From contig JAAOMT010000675.1 of assembly GCA_016748015.1 (NCBI GenBank), positions 620,001-684,000 of the forward strand: a DNA stretch of 64,000 bases, written 5' to 3'. Within the stretch, counting starts at the first letter, position 1. Each line of letters starts with the position of its first letter. Below the pieces are notes generated by a model. It ran no database searches and had not been told where the DNA came from. It saw nothing but the letters and a program-made list of their open reading frames with translations. Shown here one piece after another: positions 10,898-25,664 of this stretch. Source of the stretch: Geosiphon pyriformis uo1 (taxonomy: Eukaryota > Fungi > Glomeromycota). The translations under genes were made by a program, and so were the position numbers.

Positions 10898-13800
10898 ATT
10901 TTTTTTATTTAATTTAACAAGTACAGCTCAATCACTACCTAATTACATAAAACCAAAAAAGCTCTATATTAAGTATGGCTTATGTATTTTTTACACATGA
11001 CCAGCCACTCAAACCAGTCAAGGTAACACTATACATTTAGAACACCAGACATAAGAAAATCACATAGAAAACCAAACCACAAACTATGTAATTGAGGATT
11101 AAGACCAAAACATGTATGTATATCCAGCTTAATATTAAAACTATTAATCATGTTATAAGACTAGACCAAAAACAAACCAGACACTAGCAGGATAATGGAT
11201 TTATCGCATGGCAAAAGACTATGCTTCTTATAATAGGCTCTCAGTTTGGCCCTTGGCATCCATACACCAGACCTATGACTTTTAGCAAAATAGTGAACCA
11301 GATCAATGATCAAAGCTCCACTATTCGAATTATCTCCTAACAAACCTCTTGCCTCATCCACCCATTCCTTCAACATGAAACCTTTGGACAAAGTTATGTA
11401 TAGATGATCTGAACTCATAGTTTCATGAAGTAAGCAAACTACTATGCTACAAGTGGCACATGCATCCAACAAAATCGTCCAATCCTTGATGGCATCCAAG
11501 ATTAAGTCTTTACAAGTGTTAGCATCGGAAACAAAGACAAATGAGTGATCTGAATCTTCTAAAAGACCATATAGAATGCACAACACACTAGAATAACCCA
11601 AATTATATAACTTTTTCCTCTTGGCCATAGGCAGCCAATGGTGCAAAGTCTTTATGAAATATGAATGGAGTGTTGCAGTAGCAGAACCTGTGTAACCAAA
11701 TCTAACATGACTGTTCACATGCCATATATTGAAAGTGTGATGCTTGTCTATCAGGCTGCTAAATACTCCATTAACTATGTCACTTGCATACTTGGATTCC
11801 CAACCAACAAAATTAACAGTATTATAAAGTCTACTGACTATATAATAAGCATTGTTAGAAAGGGGTCTGTCTTCCACACTGAGAAAGTAGAGTGATGTCT
11901 TGATAAGAAGAATGAAATTAGAACTAGTAGCAGCTCTGACAAAAAAATCAGTGTGCTTATTGTCAACAACACTAGTGTGGCCTCTTACTTTGTTCTAGAT
12001 AACCAACAGATTTTTTGAAAAAATAGTTTCATGAACAAACTCACACTCCATCCAGCATTTTTTTCTAAAATCCAGTCTGTGGTTTTGTAAAACCATTGCA
12101 CATAGATCCAGCAAAGCCTGATTATCAGTAAACAATACCACTAAGCTATGATCAGAAACACAGTCCAAGGCAAGAGTGATGGCTTGCATCTCTGCAAGCA
12201 TGGAAGACAGTAAACTGAGAACCCTAACACAAACACCAACATTAGTACTAGAAAAATAAGCAGCAGTGCCACCACGAGCACCAAAGGAACCAAGATCTTT
12301 AACCGAACTGTCGGTATAAACATGTATAATATCAGAATCCACTTGTTCTAGACAATCTTTGACATAACCATCATTACATAAACAAAATTTTAAAGAAGAA
12401 AGCTGTAACAAGATACTACTATCAACCAGACCACCAGATTCAATAAAATTCACAAGAAAAACAAACCAACCAGGAATTGGTCTCTTAGGATTCAGTCTTT
12501 TCTATCTATGAAATGAATTTCACGTGAAACACCTGCCATGATGATCCAAAAGCTGGTTTACATAGATTATCCCAAACCTTTTCAGCGAACTCACAATCTT
12601 GATATAAGCATTTAGCCCAAGAACATCTGCAGCAGCAACACTATTGTTTGCATAAAACATGTTTATTACACTACTTCCCAAAGACAGACCATATGATAAA
12701 AGTGTGTTCAAACAAGTCACTGAATATGTCCACAGAATTAGCAAAGGACATAAAATTGGCCAGTGAATTTTTGGCCAGGAGCTGCTTGAAAAGAACCAAG
12801 TTATATAAATCTGGGTGATATAAGGCCTCATTGGAAAAATCTTTGGGAAGATTAGCCTTGAGTTTCAGATCTTTTCTCAACAATCTGTTCCATTTTTCAT
12901 ATATATTAGTAGGGACATGACTAAATTAAAGCTTATAATTAATAATAGGCTGCAAAACAACAGAAACTAAATACAAGAATTGTTTATCAGAAACCACTTT
13001 TTTCAGAACTAAGTTCATAAAAAACTTCAAGTTCAAATGTGCCTTAGTAATACTAAAACAAGAAAGACCCTTAGTTGACAGAAAAATGTCCAAGTATCTA
13101 TGAGCCTTATATCTTTTTGCTATTATGATATTTGATCCACTAATCACTAGCTGAGGATTGGCAACCTTTCTGTTGATCAATATAGCAACTGTCTTGTCTG
13201 TGTTTATGGAAATGTCATTAATATAAAAAAACTCACTAGCAATATCCAAAATACTTTGAGTTGCAGCCATGCTGTTCCCAATCCAGATTGTGTTATCCAT
13301 AAAGGCCCCAGTAGCCATGAAGGACACCTTGCTAGTCCTAAGATTTAGCTTGCCAGTGCATGTAAAAAACCTGGATTCCATTCTATAATCATATGTATAA
13401 CCAAGCTTTTTAATCTTACAAAGCAAAAGATCATAAAAAATTCTCTACAACAATAGAGAGAAAACTTCACCTTAGTCAAGTCTATTATGTACCATGTATC
13501 TGGATATGAGCCCAAAATTTGTCATAACATGGTTCATTCGACCATTGTGAATATTCTCAAAAAACTTAACAAAATGAGGACATATTTTAATTCTGGTTAG
13601 ACAATTCTTCAAATAATGTCATCCAACAGAGTCATATGCCTTGCGCATGTCCTGTAGCACCAACCACACTTTTCTGCCATTTTTCAAAGCATTTTCAACT
13701 ATTGAGCCAACAGCAAAAATTGGAGAAAGAGTAGACGTGCCTTTCAAGACTAAGAAGTTATCACTTCGAAGAACATCAAACTTACTACATGTCAAAGAGA

Positions 13801-16800
13801 TCCTGTCTGAAAGCAGCTTAGATAGCACCTTGTGAGCAGTCTTAATCAGAGCAATGGGTCTTGTGTTGGTCAGGATTTCTTCCCTGTCATATGGTTTTGG
13901 TATTATAGAAACCCAGACCTTCTTTCATAGCACTGAAACTATCGTCAAATGTAGACACAAATTACAAACATTCAACAAACCACCCAAAATCTTTCTATTA
14001 CAATGCTTCCATAGTTCATTGATAATATCAGAAAGTCCAGCTGCTTTGCCATTTAGTAGATTTTTGACCACTAATAACAACTCATCCAGACTGAAACTAC
14101 ACATAACATCTGAAAATGCACTATTATCAACATAAGCCAAGAAGACATACTGATTCAACCAGTGATCTGAGAGAACATTGGGCACCACATGTTTCCTTGT
14201 TTATCTTTTCATAATCATATCAATGTTCGACTTAATGTCACAAGAATCCAAAATCAAATTATCATTCACTATCAAGTGGTCAAGCACTATCTTTTGAACA
14301 AGTCATTCCAACACACTCCGAATTATGTGCCCTTTATCAGAGCAAAAGAATTTTATACATTTGTCAATTGCCTTCCTAATGGAGTCATTTCTAACTATCC
14401 TGAATTCATAATATTTGGATTTGTGGTATTTTTTTCTTATACTAGCCAGGTGATGGAAAGCTATTTCAGTTCCAACATTATTATTAATCAAAGTCTTAAA
14501 CTTGAAAGCTTCTGCCTCATCAAGACCAAACTAAGTGTATAAAAAGTGAGCAAAATCAACTGTGCAATCCTTACTCAAACTTTTCACAATTTTTGCCACC
14601 AGAAGTTCCAATCTAAAAAACTTGGAAAAATGTTTGTTTTTTGTACACTCAAAATTACTGAACCAATGTTTGGAAAAAATCTTATCAGCCAACACTATCA
14701 CAATCTCCTTTAGAATGTTTCACATTGTATTCAAATTTCCACAATCTTTTGCCTGAGTGAATTCAGGCAGAACCAAAGCAAATCTGTCATACAAGTGCTT
14801 TCTGAAATACAACTATTTGCTAACATTGGCATCCTTAATCTTGAATTTTCACCTGTCTCAGTTGGCTTGCTTGTGTAAACTATTTAAATTGGCATCCACA
14901 AGACCCTTAACCTAATTGAAACTGAAACCGCTTTATGATCAATGTCAAAAAATTCTGATTTTATGGCCAGCAACAGCAGAAGACAAATTGCAACTAACAA
15001 AAATAAAATTGATAGTTCTCTTGATCCCTCTTGAATTGGATCATATAGAAACTTTAACCAGCTCACGTCCAACAAATAAATTTACCAGACCCAAATCAAA
15101 ACAAAACTTAAAACTTGCACTCTTTTTTTTCCCATTTTCATTAAAGTCTTCACCCAAAACCACAAATGTACTGGAATTGACAGCTTTGGCAATGAAAAAA
15201 TTAACAACCAAAGCTTGACTGAATCTTGATTCAATGGAGATACCAGCATAAAGACCCAAAATAGATATCAAAATCTTGTACTTGAAAAGAAGCTTAATTA
15301 AAATAACTTACCCAGAAATCTCCTCCACTTTAAACACATGCCAAGCCAGACACTCATTCATAATAACTGTCATCCCAGCCCCTAAAAAACCTTTTTCCAG
15401 CCCAGAAGTAAATATTCACACTCCATCAAATTTTTTCATAATTCATGGTCTAATACTAAACCTCAGTTTAGTCTCAGTAATGAATAAAACCATGTTACCC
15501 AAACTCATGTGCCACCATATGACATCTTTCTGTTTAGCTAGAACATTAATGCCATGAACATTACACATAGCAAATTTTCAAATCAAGTCACTCATTGAGA
15601 AGCAGAAGACATCCGAAAATCCAAGCCAGCACACAATTGATCTAACTTCGCCAAAACTGAACCAATTAAGGCTTCAAAAGCCACCAACTTTGACTCTAAG
15701 CAATTCACTTTAGTTGTCAAAATCTTTGAGCTACTGATTCCCAAAGCTGAAACAACAGGAGAAGATGCAGGTAGTGCATTAGAACTATCCAAAACCATAT
15801 CAGAGTTCAAATCCACATTGACATTAACTGGGGCAGCCAAACTATTAGAAGAAGAAGAAGAAGCCAAAGGCACCAATTCCATATCATTGAGTTTGTGCAT
15901 AATGCCAGAAACCTGATTACCCAAGAGCTTTAAAGAACATTCCAGAGAGGACAAACGAACATTCAACAACAAATTACTAGCCAGGACCAGAGGAAAACCA
16001 CCACTTAAACCTGAGGCACCAGAAGAAAAAAAACCAAAACCAGAACCAGACTCAAACCAAAGATCACCAGAAGAAATTACAGAAGAAACCACCTGAGCCC
16101 ATGACTTGTTATCAAAAGCAGCAGGGTGAGAAATAGAAACATTCTTTCTGGTATATAACTTGGTCAACTAAAGATAATTCACATCAGAAACATTCCTTTT
16201 AACTGTTTTTTTAGAAGGGACAGACACTAGAGTATCAGAGGCATCATATTTCAAAGCTGAGTGTCTGAACTTCCCACACTTTTCACACCAAATCAAGTCC
16301 AATTTGGCCCAAGAAAGTCTTACCTCACCAAAAATTGGCTCAGTGCAAAATGCAGATTCAAGCTCATTTTTGGATTCAAAACCAACAATGGTGCAGCGAG
16401 TCTAGTTGCCAGTCTCCAAAAAACAGTTGATTACACAAGTTTTCTCACCAGCCCCATCCAAAAGAGTACCAAAATCATGCACAGTTGTTCTCACTAGCAA
16501 AGTAAACAAAAGCACTCTAAAGTAATCCTTAGACATCCAAGTATCCTGATCTTCTACAGCCATAGTCACACATACTGAGTCTTTTTTTATAAGGAATGAC
16601 CATCTTGATGTCAGTTGTTTGGCCTGTTCTAATTCGGCGAATTCCATTACTGCTTTCTGCCACAATCCAATTAGCTGAATTTTGATTGACTTAATATTAC
16701 CAAACTCTGATACTGTGGTGACGATCATCTCTTTTGACATGTCCATGAGAATTTTTTGATTACTACGATCCGATCTGAATGAACTCCTTGTTTCTTGAAA

Positions 16801-17590
16801 TTGTTGTTTACATTAATCTCTTTTTTGCTGGCCAATAATGCAGCCTTAATCATGCTCTTTTCAAAAAAAAACATAGATTGGATAATTCCCTCAAATTTTG
16901 AGGGGATAGTGGCCCCCCTAAAACCATTAATTAAAGAAAAAAATTTTTTAATAAATTAAGTCTTAGCCATTGCTGATTTTCCTTCCATAGCACTAAGATT
17001 TATATAAAGAGCAAAAAACTTATTTACAGACATTTTAACTTAAGTCTTAATAATTTTTGGATCAATCCACTTTCTGTCAAAAGAGATTCTAAGAGGAAGA
17101 AGAAGGGGCCTATTATCTTTATTTATGCCATAATTAATTGAGCTAAGAAGGGAGTCACAAACTATGCCAGTATTAACTCTTTTAGCTTTAGGAGTGTTTA
17201 CTGCCAAACCAAGAAGAGAATTATTGTCAGGATTAAGAAAAACATCTTCATTACCACTATCTCCAGACATGCTGTCTATATTTGAATACACACTACTACT
17301 AGAACTAGATTTGACTAAAGAGATGTTTTTTTCATCACCCGAATGCTTGATATTACCAACAGAAACCTTTTTCTTTTGAGAAAAAAAACCTCCAACAGAA
17401 CTATAGAAAACTTCCATAGACACCTTTTTTTTTGGATATAAAGTCACCTAAAGCAGCAGCCAGGTTTACTACAGAAGGATTATTTGATTGAGAAATATTT
17501 GCAAGAAATAATAAAAAACAAAAAAAACTTCTTTTTCAGAGAAATGCTTTTTAAGAGTTTGTGGATATAAGAAAGAAAGAAGTTTTTTTT
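10898..17590 (-). mobile_element. LINE copy 1: near full-length, degenerate non-LTR retrotransposon; ORF1 ~17447-15592 (RRM), ORF2 15595-11161 (APE endonuclease-RT-RNase H-Zn finger)
   Basis: ORF fragments LGEDFNE (EN), LQDMRKAYDSVG and GAFMDNTIW (RT), VYTDSS..AEMQAI..FTDNQA (RNase H). Collinear with LINE copy 2. A-rich 3' tail at ~10898-10912. Confidence 0.92.
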
Positions 17591-17599
17591 ATTAATATA

Positions 17600-19100
17600 A
17601 TAATTAAAATTTATATTATAAATAATAATTTATATATTTAAAAATATAAAAAAAAAAAACACAATTAAAAATATAAAAAATTTTTTTTATTAAACATATA
17701 AAAAAAGTATAAGAAATTAAAAATAATAAATTTAACAGTAATAATTAACTACAAATTAAAAACATTATATAAACAAAAAAAACAATTATAATTTTTAATC
17801 CAAATTATTATTAATAATTATTTTAATAATTAAATAAAATATTAATCTAATCTTAATTTTAATTTTATTAATTTTAAAAACAAACTTAGTATTTATTTAA
17901 TAACTGCACAAAATTTTATGTTTTTTTATTTTATACAAAAAAAATTATTCTTAATTTAAATTATTATAAATTTTATAATTATTTATTTTACTAAAATCTG
18001 TTATTATTTAATTAAATTTGTTATTAAAAATATTATTATAAAAAACATTAAATTTATTAAAAAAAAATTGTTAAAAAAAATATTTTCTTGGTTATTTTAA
18101 TTAATATAATTGGTTTAATATCTGTAATAACTCTTTTTTATTTATAAGATTTAAAATTTATAAATATTCAAATTTTTTTAAGATTTAAAAATTAATATAG
18201 ATTTAATAAATTTAAAACAAATTTATTACAATATTTTCAAAATTTAAAATCAATTTGTTATTGATCATAAAATAATTTAAAATAATTTTTTAAAATAAAT
18301 GCTTTAAATTATTTTTATTAATATGTTTAAAAATAATAAATATTGATTTTGGTTTTCTTAATTGCTTAAAATTCAAAAAGTTTAAATACACAATAAAAAT
18401 ATTTTATAATAAATAAAACAAATCTAATTTTTTAAAACTAGAATTTATATTTATTAAACTTTAAATATTTAAAGTTTTAACTTTATTAAAAGATAATTAC
18501 AGATTTATTAAAATTAAAAACTTATTTTTAAACTTTAAACTTATTATATTAACAATCTTAAACACCAAAAATTTAAAATTTAAAATACTTTTTTAATATA
18601 TTATTATCAAAGTTATAAAATTATGTTTTAGCAAAAATTTATTGGCTAAAATATATATAATCTTAAAAATAAATATTTATATTATATTTAAATTTTTATT
18701 TTTTTTAAAATTAAAAAATTTTATTTAATATTATTTAAATTTTTAAAATTGTATTTTTATTTATTTTTGTTTATCTATTTTTGTAAAATAATTAATTGTA
18801 TATTTAAAAAACTATTTAAATCAATTAAAATAAAACTAGTTTTATAATTAATATTAAAAAACTTTTTTATATTCAAAATTTTTAAATAGTTATAATATTA
18901 ACAAGTAAATAAAAACAAAATATAATTAATTATATTGTTATAAATTAAAGTAACAAGCTAACAAATAATAAAAAAAAACAGAATTGTAAAGTAATAAAAT
19001 TAATTAAAGAAAAAATTCAATAAAAAAACAAATTAAATAAATAAAAATTCAATATATGTAATCAGTTTTATAAAAATTACAATCACAAATTTTTTCTGGG
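17600..19100. repeat. Extremely AT-rich decayed repeat tract, origin not assignable
   Basis: No CpG, no ORFs, lies between two TEs. Confidence 0.45.
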
Positions 19101-20250
19101 AATTTAAATGTAGAAAAATAGTTTGTAATTGTTAACAAAATAATACTGCTGCTATTATTTTATGTTTTAACTCAGTAATTCTTAAAATTAATAACAGATA
19201 TTATTGTGTTTTTTAATTGTTTTTTTATTTAATAAATTATAAGAATAAGCAATCACTTTTTAGGCTAATTTTAATAAATACAAATTAAAAAAAAAAATAA
19301 GATATGTAAATATTAACAAGTAATTTTTTATTTTAAAATGTTCAGATACTTGAAAATAAAGAAAAAAAAATAAACAATATGAGAAAAAATCATTGATAGT
19401 AAGTTTTATTTTGTTACTTTGATCATATTTTTCTACAATTAAGAAACTCATACTTATATAGCTATTAAAAGAGATTAATGATCAGGTTATTGATCAGTTT
19501 AATAATTAAATTATTAATCAAGTTAATAATTAAGTTATTAATCAAGTCAATAATTAAGTCAATAATTAGGTTATTAATTACTATTTAAAAATAGAGTGAC
19601 TAATTATGTAATATTAGTAGTTAATATATATAATAACTAATAAAAACTATGGTTTTCAATCATAATATTATTCTTTTCAAAGAGATTAAGCTCTGGCAAA
19701 ATCAAACTATTTATGAAATAATCTAATTAAAAAGTTTTGTCTAATTTAAAACTAATTAGTTTAATAAAGTATTTTATAAATAAAATATATAATACTTAAG
19801 ATAAAATAAGTTTTATATCCAAAAAACCAAATTTTTGTAAGGAGTTTTGGCTCTTTTGGTAATAATTAAAACTTTTGGAATATTTAATCATATGATGCCT
19901 AAAATTTTTACTTGTATTTTTGAAGTTGTTTTTTTTATGAGCTTTATGTTTTCTATGATTTTACCAAGTTGACTATAGAGTTTTAATTGTTTTTCATATA
20001 ACAAGTTTTTGTCTATAGGCAAAATTTTTTTAATTGTTTTTCTAAGTATATTCAAAAGTAATAATATGCTTATTATTATGCTTTCAAGTATATATTTATT
20101 TATTTTGCTACCAATTTTTTTTTTTTAATAATGATTTTTTTTGGTTTAATAAAAGTATATATTCTATTATTATCAATTATAATTATCTGTTTTCCAATAA
20201 TTAAAGTAGTATTGAATAATTTTTAATTTAATACTTATGAAAAATATAAG
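19100..20250 (-). mobile_element. 3' remnant of a Gypsy element: ORF3-like relic, PPT (19668-19678) and LTR ('LTR-E', starts 19667; lower boundary uncertain)
   Basis: Minus strand reads F-D-F-A-R-A-*-S-L-* then AAAGAATAA|TATTATG, the same arrangement as the G1 3' end (NFNRAQY* AAAGAGAAGATAA|TGTTAC). Tandem repeats at 19476-19580 followed by a TATA-like box. Confidence 0.55.
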
Positions 20251-20399
20251 AAGCATTTTGAATATTTTAATTCAGGAAATAATTGTTTGTGTTAATTAAA
20301 AATACTTCTGTTTTGGAAATAATGTATTTACTTATATCTGATTTTTGTTAATTATTTGAATTAATATTAATACAACAGATAATCAATTAAATTGTTTGT

Positions 20400-21150
20400 A
20401 ATATTTCTTGAATTATGTATTATAAATAATCAATAGTTTGTAGAAATAACTTGTAGTTTGCTGAAATATATTTTTAGTTCACCAAAATTAAAGCAAAAAA
20501 AAAGGGCAAGTTTAAAAACTAGTACTACAACAAGTTGTATAAAAAAAAACTTCTTTCTTCAAGAAAATATATCTTATCATAGTATCTTACTTTAAATATT
20601 TTAATTAGAACAAATTATCTTTTATATTCTTATACAATCAAATAAAAATTAAATATTTGAAAACCAAATCCTTAATTATTACACTTAAAATTCTCTCAAC
20701 ACAACTAACATTTTGAAATTGATTAGCTACCAATTTCAGTAATCTGTTAGTAACTCCAAGCCTGAATAGAAAATGTTTCTCTTAACAGAATTTTATTTCT
20801 TTTACATTTCTTTTATTTTTTCTTCTTTTCTTATTATAATTATTAGAATAGTCTACAGATGAAATTTCTGTAGAAGAGTTGATTTTTACAGCAAAGTAAC
20901 TACATATTTTTTAGTGAGCTTCCAGATAAGTAATTTCTAGGAAAAAGTTGATGTTTATTACAATGTAACTATATAAAATAACTGGTATGAAATTGGCTAT
21001 TCTATTTATAAGCCCAGCAGTTCAAATTATTGGAGATAATTTAAAGATAAATTCAGTTATTAGAGATTCAACTACTTCCAGAAAACGTAAATTCACAACA
21101 AACAGATATTAACAACATCCAAAAAAAAAAACCAAAAACCTCCAGTAATA
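20400..21150 (+). mobile_element. 5'-truncated LTR of family A
   Basis: Aligns by eye with 37710-38660, 44538-45610 and revcomp 52770-53751. Ends TCCAGTAATA (decayed CTGGTAACA). Confidence 0.85.
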
Positions 21151-24100
21151 ATATGTTTTTTTTTATCTTTATCTTTCTAAAATAAGACAACACCAAGTCT
21201 AAAGCCAAATATATTAGTGTAAAAAATAAAAAGTTAATTCAGATTAGATTGCTTAAAAATTGGCTTAGTAATTAGTTTTTTTTCAGAATTTCAAAAACTT
21301 TTTGTTAATATGTGTTTCAATAATAATTGACAGTTTTCTTAAGTAACTAATTAAATAAAAAGACAATTTTGAAAAAATTTTTAACAAATTTGCAATAATA
21401 AGATGCTAAACCAAAGAAAAAACATAGTTTATAAATATTTATTAGTTGTTTAATATTTTGGATCTTTTTAATTTTGGTTAGGTTAGAGAAAATTTCATCT
21501 TTTGTAATAAGATGTCTATAGAACTAAGTAAATTAACATTTAAAAAAAGATTTAATTAGGTTGATTTTAAGACCAGTATTTCTAAAAAAATCAAAATTTT
21601 TTTGTAAATGTTTAAGATATTTATTTCAGGTTTTTGAGTATATTATTATGTTATCTAAATATATTAAAACAAAGTTTTTTTTTACTGATTCAAATTCTTT
21701 GTCTATTAAGTATTAAAAAATAAAAGAGACATTGGTGAGACCAAAAAACATGACTGTAAATTTATAGATATATTACTTGGTAATAAAGACAGTTTTTTTT
21801 TGCTTTCTGAATCTATTTCTATTTACCAAAATTCAGCAGTTAAATCAATAATTAAAAAAAAACAGCACTATTGAATTAATCTAGTATTGTATCAATTTTG
21901 GAAAGTAAATATATTTTTTTTTTAGTAATAATATTTAATTAATAGTAGTTAACACAAAAACATAGGATTTAATTTTTTTTGAATATTATTACAGCTAAAA
22001 ATGCTTATTTACTCTTGGTTTTTTGTATAAATTCAAAATTTTTTATCCAGTTTATTTCTTGATAAATTTATTATTACAGCAATTAGATTAATAAAACTTT
22101 AGATGAATAAAACAAGTTTCTTTAGTAGTAATAGTGTGTTGTATTACATAAATATATTTAAAAGTATTATTTTCTTTTAAAATAACTGGGTTATTTTTAG
22201 CCAGCAGATTTTCAATGTCAATTTTTCTTTTTTCTGAAAAAGTTTTTTTGTTTTATTATTAATAACTATATTTTTAATGGTTTATTTTTAAAAAACTTCT
22301 GTATTTTTTTTATTTTTTCTTAAGATATTATACTAATTGGTTACCAATTTTTGTAATAGATCAAACAAAATATATATTTATTATTAGAAAAATACAATAG
22401 TTTATCACTTAGCACTAAGCACAAAGACTATATTATCAATAACTGTATTTGGTTTTTTTGCTAGGCTTTCTATTAAAAGTTTTTCTAAGAATATTATAAT
22501 AAGGCCAACAGATTAGCTTATTAGCTTTAATATTGTCTAGTAGTTTTGTTATTACTAATAAAAGTGATATAAGTAAGTTTAGCAGTTTTTTTTTGTTTTT
22601 ATTGTTTGATTTATTTAATTGTTTTTCTTTTTGGTTTTGCTTAAGTACTAAAAAAGTTGTCTAATAATAACACTTAATCACAAAAGACTTATTATTATTT
22701 TTGATAATTAATTTACATAGTTCATAGTTAAATAAAAATTGGTTTTCTTAAGCTATTTATTGTCAACAATTATGATGTATTCTATGGCTTTAAATATTTC
22801 TATGTTAGTTTTAATGATAATGTTATTGATGTAAACAAAAATAGCTTTGGCTATGTCCAGATCTTTTTTTTTATTACTATGTATATTTGTTATTGGTTAA
22901 ATAAAAAATTCATTAATTTTTCTGCTAATTGCTTTAAGAAAGTATTTAGCAATAACACTAACAAATAATCTACTGTTTAAAATCAAATCAATAAAATAAC
23001 TAGCCACTTGTGTTTTGCAGATTAGAGAAATGACATTACTATTGTTAATGAATTTAGCTTAATAAAAGTATTTGTTGGTTTTTGGTGTTTTTTTCTTTAG
23101 AATTAATGATTTATAAAGATTTTTTCTAAATTGTAGATGAATTATTAACTAGTTAAAAATAATGTGAACTGAGATTTTTATAAAATCTTTGACAACAGAA
23201 TAGAATTCAGATTTTTGTACTATTTTTGGAGATTTTAACTTTAAAGAATTCTTAAAAACTTTAGTCTTTAGTAGCTTATTATTATTAGCAGTAAAAGTTA
23301 AAACTTTGTTAAGGTTTAGGACAAAATTAATCTTAGTTTTTTTTTTCTTGTGGATTCAAAAAGATTAATGACTAATTTATCTATGTTATAATTATTATCA
23401 ATTAGATTAAAAACATAAAAGAATTTTTTTTCTAATTGGCTTGTACTTTTACCCTTTAGAAATATGTCTACTAGTTTAAAAACTAATAAACAATGGCTTT
23501 AACTAAAAAATTCTCTTCAAAAAAATTGATGGCATGATTAGATCTTTGATTGAAAACATTGTTGTTAATAAGTTTGTTATTCTGGTTATTATTGTTTCTA
23601 AAAGCTAAAAGAAATAATAAGAGATTGTTGTAATTTCTTGAAAAGTGTCCAGTTAATCCACAATAATAGCACACAAATAGGCTATAATTTTGCTGTCTTT
23701 AATATAATAGTTGCTAAAACTAATTAAAGCATAATTCAAATCTGGGTCTTTGTTGTTATTGGTTATATCTAACTACTTGGACTAAAAATTTTAGTAACTA
23801 AACAAGATAGACTGTAAATTTATTTATCAATTGTTCATTAAGATTTTAAGTTTAGATAACAAAAAAAGTAGCAGTTATTTAAAAAGCAAGAGTCATAATA
23901 AAAGCAGAAACAAAAACTAAAAGAATGAATTCTAAATGCATTTTTTGGTTATCTTTAATTTTTTAAACAAGTTCAATAGCCATATTCATAATAAAATTAT
24001 TTTTTAAAGTCAAAAGAGACTACAAAGCATAAGATAAATCAATTTTTAATCTTTTTGTAAAAGAGTAAATTTTTTGCTTTTTTGTCTAATTTTTTCTAAA

Positions 24101-25660
24101 GTCTACTTATTTAATAAGCTTTTTTATTGTTTTTACATATTTAGTTACAACTTTACCAAGATTTTAAGTTTTTTTTTCTAATTTTATACACCATTTAGAA
24201 ATTAAAATAGAAGTTCTAAATTTGTTTTTAAACCAAGTAGTAAAGAAAATGTTTTTTCTTCAGCATTTATTGGTGTTCATCTAATAATTTTTTAGTAAAT
24301 ATCAACATCAGTTTTTTGTGAAAATCAGGTGGCAAAAGAATCTTGGAGATAGTTATTAATGATTTGAAACTTGTAGTCAGCATTATATTGGTTGGTTGTG
24401 GCTGCTTTTTTAAAGTTATTTAATTATTCAATTAGATTTTGGGTATTATTTCTAAATAATGGTAGTAGAGTATTGTTTTTTTGTCTTAAAACAATTTGTA
24501 TACCTTGAAAAATAGCCAAGATGTTTGTTTATATAGAATTAGCAGTCATTAGTTTAGAAATAACTGTTTGTATAAAATGATCTAATTTACTTAAGAAGAG
24601 ATCAAAAACAAAAGTAGTTTAATAGTTTTTTCTTCTGTTTTAAAGAAAGTTTTAGCTAATTAATAGGCAGTATTATAAATAAACTTGATAGAATATTGTA
24701 ATAATATTTAGTACTCTAAATTTAAATAATAAAAACTTAAATATCTCTATTCTGAATATTTAATATAAGTTATTTAATATCAGTGTTTGAAGATTTTTTG
24801 TTAGTTTTACTTGTAGAATTCTTTAGTTATAAAACACAGAAATATGGTTTTATAGTATTGCAACTTATATATATAAGTTATTTTCTTCAAGCTAGTCAAG
24901 TGCAGTTATCAGAGTCTAACAATATCTTTTTATCTTTCTGATAAGTTAACAAAATAATATTAATATCTAATCTTAAGAAGAGCTTTTTTTTTTTACCATG
25001 CTATCACAAAGTCTATTTCCAGACAGTTGATTTTTTTATGTTGTTATTCTACAAGAGAATAAAAAAAAACAGAAAAAAAACAGAAAAAAAAAAAAAAAAA
25101 TTAATATCATTAATTATTATAATCAAGAGCAATTAGTTCAAATTATTATTTATTTAAAACATTTTTTATGCTAAAAGCATCTGGCTGAGAACAAAGATAA
25201 AAAAATGAGTAATTTGGTTTAAATATAAAATTTAGGGATTATAAATGAGTGATTTTTGGTTTTAAATATTTTTTTATTTAAGATAATATAAATATATAAA
25301 TAAAATAGATCTAATAGATATAAGTAAAAAATATATTTTTTATTTGACTAATTTTTTCTGTTTGTTTTTTTTTTACTGTTAAAACTACTCATTTTTATAC
25401 ATATTTCTAATTTTACAAGATTGCTTTTTGATTACTTGTTATTACTAGTTATTGTTTGCTATTTTTGTTGTTGCTTTGTTTTTTTATATTGTAACTAATT
25501 ATTCTATATTATAGCTAGTTATTTTATGCTATTTTATGTTATTGTGTTATCTTGTATTATTTTGAATTATAATATGTTATTTTATATTATCATATTTTTT
25601 TATGTTATTATGTTTCTTAATCATATTTTTTTCAATATTTTTTGAATTTGTTTTTTCTAT
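21151..25660 (-). mobile_element. Gypsy element G4 (heavily decayed): LTR-like ~25020-25660, gag with Zn knuckle, protease, RT; truncated after RT
   Basis: CYYCGLTGHFSRNY (23674-23633); DLILNSRLFVSVI (decayed LILDSGS, ~22980); VMFFGLTNVS and FVLIYLDNIIIYSKT (~21650-21760). Confidence 0.8.
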
Positions 25661-25664
25661 TCAG

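Noticed and set aside
18480-18660. Possible LINE RT relic (DNYRFIKIKN, similar to NYRPI) on the + strand
   Set aside because: Single weak motif in near-pure A/T sequence; not supportable.
19100-25660. LTR-E and the 25020-25660 LTR as the two ends of one element
   Set aside because: Their sequences do not align by eye; treated as separate families.
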